From assembly GCA_026392045.1 (NCBI GenBank), contig JAPLCU010000041.1, positions 84 to 64,083 on the forward strand: 64,000 bases of DNA, written 5' to 3'. The stretch's first letter is position 1. Each line of letters begins with the position of its first letter. This DNA is from Armatimonadota bacterium. Lineage in GTDB: Bacteria > Armatimonadota > UBA5829. Both the position numbers and the translations under genes were made by a program. Of this stretch, positions 57,333-64,000 are shown in pieces. The notes beneath the pieces were generated by a model. That model was not told the DNA's origin. It ran no database searches and saw only the letters and a list, made by a program, of their open reading frames with translations.

Positions 57333-59054
57333 ATGAGCAATGATGGATACAACGAGATACGCTGGGAAGTTATTTCTTGTGATGAGGCCTTAGTCCATCG
57401 CCTTGCAAGCGAGGCAGTGATTGATGTTGTCATTGCTCGCCTGCTTGCTAATAGAGGAGTTAAGACTTCGCAAGAAGTGGACGCTTTTTTGAAGCCCTCC
57501 CTTTCTCAGCTTCATGACCCATCATTGCTGCCGGATATGGACGTTGGTGTAGAACGAATCGCCTTGGCGCTTAAGCTCGGCGAGAAGATCTGTGTGCATG
57601 GTGATTACGATGTTGATGGAGTCACAAGCGCTGCTCTCCTGGTGCGCACACTCACCGCTCTTGGCGGCAGCGTCGATTATCTCCTTCCGCATCGCCAGAG
57701 AGATGGGTATGGCATAAAACCTGCCGCTGTGGACGCAATAAAGGCCAGAGGGTGCGATTTGATAGTCACCTGCGATTGCGGCATCACTGCTTGCAATACG
57801 GCGCTTCGAGCTAATGAGCTTGGTATGGACATGATCGTGACGGACCATCACGAGCCTGGCGCCCAACTGCCTGAGGCCATTGCCGTGATTAACCCAAAGC
57901 GTTGTGATTCGACTTATCCATTTCCTGAGCTTGCTGGGGTAGGGGTTGCATTTAAGTTTGCCCAGGGTATTGTGCGCCATCTTGGTCACGATACGGATGC
58001 TTTCGCTCAGAGGTTTGTCGATTTGGCCGCACTCGGGACTGTTGCGGATGTGGTTCCGTTGATTGGTGAGAATCGCGCCATAGTAAAGTTTGGTTTGGAT
58101 GCTATCCTGAACAGCAAAAAGATTGGTTTTGGCGCTGTATTACGGTCTGCGAATTTCACGGGGAGCGTGTTGACCGCTTACCACCTTGCGTTCATATTGG
58201 CGCCTCGGATAAACGCGGTTGGCAGAATGGACGATGCTCACAGCGCCCTCAAGCTATTTCTTACCAAAGACCATGACGAGGCCCGCAGGCTGGCTTTGGA
58301 GATGGAGCGGCATAATTCCAATAGAAAAATCGAGCAGAAAAGAATATTGGAAGAGGCTCTTGCGCAGGTTAAGCTAAAGGATTTATCTACAACACGCGTG
58401 CTTGTGCTATCCGGTGAAGGCTGGAACGGCGGCGTTGTCGGCATAGTCGCTGGAAGGCTGTGCGAGACGTTCAATAGACCTGTGATTATGCTTCGACGCA
58501 ATCCCGAAACCGGCATAGCCAGCGGATCGGCGCGCAGTCGCTTCCCATTTAACCTCATAGAGGGACTGAGCGAGTGCGCTGATATTCTTTGCGGTTATGG
58601 CGGGCATGCGCTGGCTGCGGGCTTGAGTGTAATATTCGAGAACATAGAAGCATTTGAAGAACGCATTAACACGATTGCGGCTGATATTATTAAAGATGAA
58701 GATTTGCTTCCGAAAATTGAGGCTGAAGTCGAACTGGAGCCTGGTAAGATAACACGCCAACTTGCAGATAGCATCGCCAATCTTGAGCCGTTTGGCGCGG
58801 GTAATCCTGAGCCTGTGTTTATGACGCGTGGGTTTATTGTAAAGCAGCGGCAGCGCGTGGGAGATGGTTCGCACATGAAGCTGACTGTCCAGGGCGAAAA
58901 CTGCGCGCCAATCAATTGCATAGCGTTCCGTATGGGCGAATATGTAGACCGCCTTGAGCTTGGCGATACTGTGGATATGTGTTACAATATTAGACTCAAC
59001 TCATTCAATGGAACTGAATCTGTGCAGCTTACGGTAAACGCAATTAGCTGCTAG
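57333..59054 (+). CDS. recJ: single-stranded-DNA-specific exonuclease RecJ
   Basis: DHH motifs (HGDYDVDGVTS ; VTDHHEP) and the DHHA1 region. Confidence 0.9.
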   Translation: MSNDGYNEIRWEVISCDEALVHRLASEAVIDVVIARLLANRGVKTSQEVDAFLKPSLSQLHDPSLLPDMDVGVERIALALKLGEKICVHGDYDVDGVTSAALLVRTLTALGGSVDYLLPHRQRDGYGIKPAAVDAIKARGCDLIVTCDCGITACNTALRANELGMDMIVTDHHEPGAQLPEAIAVINPKRCDSTYPFPELAGVGVAFKFAQGIVRHLGHDTDAFAQRFVDLAALGTVADVVPLIGENRAIVKFGLDAILNSKKIGFGAVLRSANFTGSVLTAYHLAFILAPRINAVGRMDDAHSALKLFLTKDHDEARRLALEMERHNSNRKIEQKRILEEALAQVKLKDLSTTRVLVLSGEGWNGGVVGIVAGRLCETFNRPVIMLRRNPETGIASGSARSRFPFNLIEGLSECADILCGYGGHALAAGLSVIFENIEAFEERINTIAADIIKDEDLLPKIEAEVELEPGKITRQLADSIANLEPFGAGNPEPVFMTRGFIVKQRQRVGDGSHMKLTVQGENCAPINCIAFRMGEYVDRLELGDTVDMCYNIRLNSFNGTESVQLTVNAISC

Positions 59055-59062
59055 CAGGGCAC

Positions 59063-59184
59063 GGATAAAGTGAGAATGATATACTTCGGGACTGTTTTTC
59101 GTCCCGAAGGGTGAGGTTCTCAAGCGTGCTTCGGGGCGAAGGGAGCCCGCGAAGCATAGTTCGCCTGATTAGCAGACTTTATCC
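59063..59184. repeat. structured palindromic element: outer stem GGATAAAGT/ACTTTATCC enclosing two hairpins (CTTCGGGAC-tgtttttc-GTCCCGAAG ; TGCTTCGGGG-cgaaggga-GCCCGCGAAGCA)
   Basis: First hairpin is identical (inverted) to 2472-2497. Architecture parallels family 2. Confidence 0.45.
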
Positions 59185-59196
59185 GGAGGCTGCTAG

Positions 59197-59259
59197 ATGA
59201 GCGTGCCGTTGATCTATTTGGTGCGTGAACTGGAATTATGGCCGATATTGAAAGTTTGA
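59197..59259 (+). CDS. possible 20-codon leader uORF ([20 protein letters not shown]) overlapping the rel start
   Basis: GGAGG 7 nt upstream of ATG. Ends 20 nt inside rel in another frame. The rel ATG itself lacks an SD. Confidence 0.2.
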   Translation: MSVPLIYLVRELELWPILKV

Positions 59260-61457
59260 TTCAAAAAGTCCAGTCATATAATCCGGAGGCTGATGTTGAT
59301 CTCATTCGCCGTGCCTTTGACTACGCCTATGAGGCTCATAAAGATCAAATACGCATTTCCGGTGAACCATACATAACTCATCCGCTTGCCACTGCTGAGA
59401 TTTTAGCCGACCTCGAAATGGACAATGTAAGCATTGCTGCGGCATTGCTGCATGATGTGGTCGAAGATCAGGATTTCTCAATAGATGATATCCGTAAGAA
59501 TTTTGGTGATGAGATTGCCGGGTTGGTGGATGGCGTTACAAAACTCGCGCTTGCTGACTTTGATGTTGGCGAGGAAAACCTGGAAGAGCCTGAGGATGCT
59601 CCGAAAAAGAAGAAGACGGCAGAGTTCAGGCGCAGCGCGGAAAATCTGCGAAAGATATTCCTGGCGATGGCGCGAGACCTGCGGGTTATGGTAATTAAGC
59701 TTGCCGACAGACTTCATAACATGTCCACGCTGGATAATGTCTCGCGCGAGCAGCAGATCAAGGTTTCGCGAGAGACCAAGCAGATATACTGCCCGCTTGC
59801 GCACCGGTTGGGTATTTGGAAGATCAAATGGGAACTCGAAGACTATGCATTCAAATATCTCGAACCCGAAGCCTACGCGGACATCAGTGATAAGGTCAAC
59901 CGTCACCGCAATGACCGCGAAGAAGAACTCGCCGAAGCTGTTGATATGATGCAGCGCCACCTCGCCAAAGACGGTATCGAAGCTCATATTCAGGCGAGAC
60001 AGAAGCACCTGTGGAGCATTTATCAGAAAATTAAGCGTGAAGAGGTCGAGTTTTCTGAAATATACGATCTTTCAGCGATCCGCGTGATTGTCAACCGTGT
60101 AGGTGACTGTTACCACGCACTCGGGTTGGTGCATGACCTCTGGATGCCTATTCCTGAGCGATTTTCAGACTACATTGCGAAGCCCAAGTCTAATATGTAC
60201 CAATCGCTGCACACCAAAGTGATTGGACCGCGCGGAGAGCCGCTGGAAGTGCAAATACGCACTTGGGATATGCACCGAGTTGCGGATTTCGGTGTGGCCG
60301 CGCATTGGCAATACAAGGAGCGTGTACACGGTGGTGATGAGTTTGAGCGTAAGCTATCATGGCTTCGGCAGCAGCTTTTTGACTGGCAATCAGACAGCAT
60401 TGACGCCGGTGAGTTTCTGCACAGCGTCATAAACGATTTGTTTACCGATCAGGTCTTTGTTTTTACACCCAGGGGCGACGTTATTGACCTGCCGGCCGGT
60501 TCAACTCCCGTAGATTTCGCCTATAGGATTCACAGCGATGTTGGCAACAAATGCGTTGGCGCGAAAGTAAATGGCCGTATTGTTCAACTTACATATAAGT
60601 TTAACAACGGCGATATTGTGGAAATCATCTCACGGTCGAACAGCCAACCGAGCAGAGACTGGCTAAGCTTCGTAAAAACTTCTCACGCCAAAAATCGCAT
60701 TAAGAGCTATTATCGAAAGTTGTATTTTGGCGACAGCGTGATCAAAGGCCGAGATATGCTGGAACGCGAACTCGAACGGATCGGTCAGGATGCTCACCAC
60801 CTTAAAACCGCTGATTTGAACTCCGTCGCAAAGCAATTGAATCTTCACAATGAAGAAGACCTGCTTGCCGCAGTGGGCTACGGCCATGTCACGCCGCTTA
60901 CCGTCATCAATAAGCTAAAGCTCCCTACGTTCCCTAAGGCCGAGGCGATTGTTATAGAAGCCCCTAAGTCCACTACGGGTAAAAAGGGCCTGGCGGTCAC
61001 TCTGGACGGCGTCAAGAACTTAATGATTTCTCGAGCAAAATGCTGCGCGCCTCTGCCTGGTGAAGATGTGGTCGGCTATATCTCCCGCGGAAAAGGTGTT
61101 GTTCTGCATTCGGCTGCTTGTCCGAACGCGGCTGTATTCAAACTGCATGAGCCTGAGCGATTGATCGAGATCAACTGGGTCGAAGCCGCTGGTGATAGCT
61201 ACTCGACGGATATCAAGATCAAAGCTATGGACCGTCTCGGGCTTCTTAACGATATTACGGCGGTTTTTTCTGAGTCGAAAATCAACATAACCGGCGCGAA
61301 AATAAAGTCATTAACTGATAAAACTGCAAACATTGATCTGACGGTCGATGTGACTGATATCCGAGCTCTTAATGATGTAATTACTAAACTAAACAGCATT
61401 TCAGATGTGCTGGTCATAGACCGTGTCTCCGGGCACATGTCATCAAAGGTCAGGTAA
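59238..61457 (+). CDS. rel: bifunctional (p)ppGpp synthetase/hydrolase Rel (HD, synthetase, TGS, ACT)
   Basis: HD motif (LLHDVVED). RelA/SpoT synthetase region. C-terminal TGS and ACT. Confidence 0.9.
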   Translation: MADIESLIQKVQSYNPEADVDLIRRAFDYAYEAHKDQIRISGEPYITHPLATAEILADLEMDNVSIAAALLHDVVEDQDFSIDDIRKNFGDEIAGLVDGVTKLALADFDVGEENLEEPEDAPKKKKTAEFRRSAENLRKIFLAMARDLRVMVIKLADRLHNMSTLDNVSREQQIKVSRETKQIYCPLAHRLGIWKIKWELEDYAFKYLEPEAYADISDKVNRHRNDREEELAEAVDMMQRHLAKDGIEAHIQARQKHLWSIYQKIKREEVEFSEIYDLSAIRVIVNRVGDCYHALGLVHDLWMPIPERFSDYIAKPKSNMYQSLHTKVIGPRGEPLEVQIRTWDMHRVADFGVAAHWQYKERVHGGDEFERKLSWLRQQLFDWQSDSIDAGEFLHSVINDLFTDQVFVFTPRGDVIDLPAGSTPVDFAYRIHSDVGNKCVGAKVNGRIVQLTYKFNNGDIVEIISRSNSQPSRDWLSFVKTSHAKNRIKSYYRKLYFGDSVIKGRDMLERELERIGQDAHHLKTADLNSVAKQLNLHNEEDLLAAVGYGHVTPLTVINKLKLPTFPKAEAIVIEAPKSTTGKKGLAVTLDGVKNLMISRAKCCAPLPGEDVVGYISRGKGVVLHSAACPNAAVFKLHEPERLIEINWVEAAGDSYSTDIKIKAMDRLGLLNDITAVFSESKINITGAKIKSLTDKTANIDLTVDVTDIRALNDVITKLNSISDVLVIDRVSGHMSSKVR

Positions 61458-61459
61458 CC

Positions 61460-61763
61460 ATGAAAGCTGTGGCGCAAAGAGTCCGGTCGGCAAGCGTGGC
61501 GCTTGATGGGGTGGAAATATCCCGCATTGGAAAGGGACTCGCCATTCTTCTGGGTGTTGCGAAAGATGACGCCAGCAAAGATGTAAATTATCTCGCGGAG
61601 AAAATTGCCAACCTCAGAATCTTCGAAGATGAAGCTGGCAAGATGAACCTCTCCAGCGTTAAGCGCTTGCGGCGTTGCGGTGCAAACCGGTCAGTTTCAA
61701 GCGCACATGCTCTTTGCAATAGAGAACGATGGACCGGTAACAATACTTTTGGATACAGCGTAA
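61460..61763 (+). pseudogene. dtd: D-aminoacyl-tRNA deacylase (dtd) remnant with an internal ~55-codon deletion and +1 frame change
   Basis: N-terminal [15 protein letters not shown]...[13 protein letters not shown] in frame 2. The C-terminus ...[30 protein letters not shown] is in frame 0 and ends at the TAA at 61761-63. The central VSQFTL/GxRPSF region is missing. Confidence 0.6.
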
Positions 61764-62623
61764 TGACTATGCCTTGGGAAGACGGGCCGTTAGAGGTTCA
61801 GTTAGATACATTTGAAGATCGGATGCGTCATGGCGCTCCTGTGACTGCACCGGTTTCCGAGTCTGCGTATGAGTGCCAGGAAATCGGCGATACTCTCTGC
61901 AATGAGGGCCGAGTGCGCGATGCTATCGTGCATTATCGCAAGGCTGTTGAGCTTGAGAAAAACAACCCCAGCTACCATACTCGCCTTGGGGATGCTTATG
62001 CGTATTCAGAAATGTCGGTGCAGGCGGTAGCTCAATACCGCAAAGCCATAAAGATCAGCCCACGGCGAGCCGAACCTCACTTTTGCCTCGCTGAGATATA
62101 CAGACATTACGGTAAATGGACGGCCGCAGTCGTCGAATACCGCAGGGCCACTGCGTTTAACGCGATGAACCCTTTTTATCACTACAAGCTTGGTGATGCA
62201 CTCTGGCACGTCGGTCTTCATGACGAAGCGATATGCCAGCTTGAGATATCTGTGCAGATAGCGCCGATTGATGGTTTTTATCATTTTCGCTTGGGCGACA
62301 TGTATGGCCGTGTCGGGCGATTGGGCAATACCATTATCGAGATGCAGCAGGCGACCATATTCAGCCCATTAGATTCATATTACAGCTTTCGTTTGGCGCT
62401 CTCCTATTTACGCGGCGGGTTCCCGGAAGATGCCGTTCAGGCGCTCAGGCGCGCGATCAAACTCAAGAAAGATGAACCAGCTTACCATGCGGTATTAGCG
62501 GAGGCATACAAAGCCAGCGGTGACGTGGAACGTGCTGAGATTCACCAAAGATACGCGAAGGAGATGGATTACTACGATGTTGTGTGCCTGGCTATCGTTA
62601 GAAATGAAGAGAGAAGCAATTGA
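61763..62623 (+). CDS. TPR-repeat protein (the ORF track fuses it to dtd)
   Basis: ATG overlaps the dtd-remnant stop (TAATG). Repeated Y-x-A-x-L 34-aa units. Confidence 0.65.
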   Translation: MTMPWEDGPLEVQLDTFEDRMRHGAPVTAPVSESAYECQEIGDTLCNEGRVRDAIVHYRKAVELEKNNPSYHTRLGDAYAYSEMSVQAVAQYRKAIKISPRRAEPHFCLAEIYRHYGKWTAAVVEYRRATAFNAMNPFYHYKLGDALWHVGLHDEAICQLEISVQIAPIDGFYHFRLGDMYGRVGRLGNTIIEMQQATIFSPLDSYYSFRLALSYLRGGFPEDAVQALRRAIKLKKDEPAYHAVLAEAYKASGDVERAEIHQRYAKEMDYYDVVCLAIVRNEERSN

Positions 62624-63249
62624 GCTTAGAGTTTAGAAATATTGCAGTGGGTGAGCTACAATCGAATTGTTATATTATTTGGGATGATGACACGCGAAAA
62701 GCTGCGATAATCGATCCTGGTGACGAAAAAGAGAATATTATAGCGTCTGTAGACACACTGAACCTGGAAGTCGAATACGTGTTACTTACACATGGCCACT
62801 TCGATCACATATTCGTTGCAGGTGATATCGCGGAGCGTTATGGAGCTCCGATATGCATGAATGCTCAAGACTTATCTATTGTAAATCAGAGCCTGGTCTT
62901 AGCAGACCCGTTCTATGATGTTGCCTCATTCAAATCGTTTATTCCCTCGCAACTATTGAACGATGGCGATATCATAACTCTTGGTTCCTCAAAGGTCAAA
63001 GCGCTCCATACTCCGGGACATTCCCAGGGCGGTTTGTGTTTTGCAACTGATGCGGGCGTCTTCTGTGGGGATACCATATTTGCGGGTTCGGTTGGCCGCA
63101 CTGATTTACTCGGCGGTTCCCATGAACAGTTGATCGAGTCGATCAGAGCGAAGATACTGACTATGGATGACTCGACCCCTCTATACCCTGGGCACGGCCC
63201 CTACACTACCGTTGGCGAAGAGCGTGAGTTTAACTTCTATCTAAGGTAG
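62620..63249 (+). CDS. MBL-fold metallo-hydrolase (GloB-like)
   Basis: THGHFDH motif, HTPGHS, and a downstream Asp/His. Confidence 0.8.
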   Translation: MSLEFRNIAVGELQSNCYIIWDDDTRKAAIIDPGDEKENIIASVDTLNLEVEYVLLTHGHFDHIFVAGDIAERYGAPICMNAQDLSIVNQSLVLADPFYDVASFKSFIPSQLLNDGDIITLGSSKVKALHTPGHSQGGLCFATDAGVFCGDTIFAGSVGRTDLLGGSHEQLIESIRAKILTMDDSTPLYPGHGPYTTVGEEREFNFYLR

Positions 63250-63315
63250 AACAACCAACAACCGTCAACTATGCTATAATTGTGCGGTTAAGCAAGCATA
63301 AAGGAGATAATCGGC

Positions 63316-63606
63316 GTGAGGCTGACCAGGCAAGACATAGAAGGCGTTGCTCATCTCTCCCGGCTGGAGCTGTCTGAAGAAGAAATGGAAAAGCTCACCG
63401 GACATATAAATCGGCTTCTGGAGAATTTTGAGGAGCTGCAGGAACTCGATACGGATGATATCGAGCCCACCTCGCATGTGATCCCCGTTTACAATGTATT
63501 CCGCGAAGATAAATCCAGGCCATCGCTGCCGCCGGAGGAAGTGGTCGCTAATGGCCCGCAGGTGGACGGCGCGTGCTTCGTGGTGCCGAGGGTGGTGGAG
63601 ACGTAA
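63316..63606 (+). CDS. gatC: Asp/Glu-tRNA amidotransferase subunit C
   Basis: GTG start with an AAGGAG RBS. GatC-like sequence ([14 protein letters not shown]...). Confidence 0.85.
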   Translation: MRLTRQDIEGVAHLSRLELSEEEMEKLTGHINRLLENFEELQELDTDDIEPTSHVIPVYNVFREDKSRPSLPPEEVVANGPQVDGACFVVPRVVET

Positions 63607-63607
63607 T

Positions 63608-64000
63608 AATGGCCGATAGACTTTTTGAACTAACCACACACGAGCTTCATGACCTACTCAAGACCAGGCAGGTCAGCGCTGTGGAGGTCGCCCAGAGCTT
63701 CAACGAACGTATAGACGCCGTCGATGGCAAGGTGCGTTCTTTCGTGACCACAACCCCCGAGCTTGCGCTTGAGCAGGCGAAGATGGTTGACGAGGCTATC
63801 GCAAAAGGCGAGAAACTTGGTCCGCTCGCCGGAATTCCCGGCGCAATTAAAGACAATATGAACACGCGCGGCATTTTGACCACGTGTTCGTCTAAGATAC
63901 TATATAACTACAAGCCGGTCTATGATGCAACGGTTGTTAAGAAACTTGCTGGTGCGGGCGTGGTGACTGTTGGCAAGACCAACTTGGACGAGTTCGCGAT
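63608..64000 (+). CDS. gatA: Asp/Glu-tRNA amidotransferase subunit A (N-terminal part; continues beyond the window)
   Basis: ATG overlaps the gatC stop. [27 protein letters not shown]...GIPGAIKDN amidase signature. Not in the ORF track because no stop lies within the window. Confidence 0.85.

Noticed and set aside
63274-63883. ORFs 63274..63639 (-) and 63647..63883 (-)
   Set aside because: They are antisense to gatC and to the gatA N-terminus, which have clear homology-grade signatures and coupled starts.
1-64000. tRNA, rRNA, tmRNA or RNase P genes
   Set aside because: No cloverleaf-compatible or conserved structured-RNA signatures were recognised in the intergenic regions. The structured elements found are repeated palindromes rather than known RNA genes. 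This was not checked with covariance models.

Overview
This is a bacterial chromosomal segment with roughly 50-55% GC. It is mostly housekeeping operons, interrupted by an unusually dense set of short palindromic repeat families and one lower-GC block.

Recognisable genes include:
- hcp with a divergent Rrf2/NsrR-like regulator;
- lemA-htpX;
- a yggS-sepF-proC-divIVA cell-division cluster;
- a PpiC-type isomerase;
- an HtrA protease carrying four PDZ domains;
- metX-metW;
- a ytfQ-ytfR-ytfT-yjfF-type (galactofuranose-like) ABC transporter;
- ychF and a PfkB sugar kinase;
- a mutS2-cdd-SIS-M20-DUF3866 operon;
- secDF, recJ, rel and gatCA.

SepF/DivIVA indicate a Terrabacteria-type division cluster. 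The H-X9-DG/DUF1559 prepilin-like protein is typical of PVC/Armatimonadetes-type genomes. Taxonomy cannot be fixed from sequence alone.

The novelty candidates are:
1. A translationally coupled pair (41360..44268, minus strand): a glutamate-mutase-L-like ASKHA ATPase and a 373-aa partner of unknown function. It sits next to a lower-GC (~40%) block (33.9-41.2 kb) encoding a 919-aa orphan protein, a prepilin-like protein and four co-directional membrane proteins. The block is bounded by palindromic repeat elements.
2. At least six families of REP/MITE-like palindromic elements. Several show compensatory (stem-preserving) substitutions between copies. They flank a RAYT-type transposase remnant, an IS66 fragment, and a 1.25-kb insertion that duplicated the 3' end of htpX with only synonymous changes.
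3. A candidate phase-variable promoter: a G7 tract in the 18-nt spacer between TTGACA and an extended -10, driving a 673-aa secreted protein.
4. A catalytically dead HtrA paralogue with a K/P-rich tail, adjacent to the four-PDZ HtrA.
5. An internal diverged tandem duplication in the yjfF-like permease.
6. A dtd gene with an internal deletion and frameshift, fused in the ORF track to a downstream TPR gene.

Apparent frameshifts in the adhesin-like gene, the MFS gene and dtd could be real pseudogenisation or assembly indels. This cannot be resolved from sequence alone.
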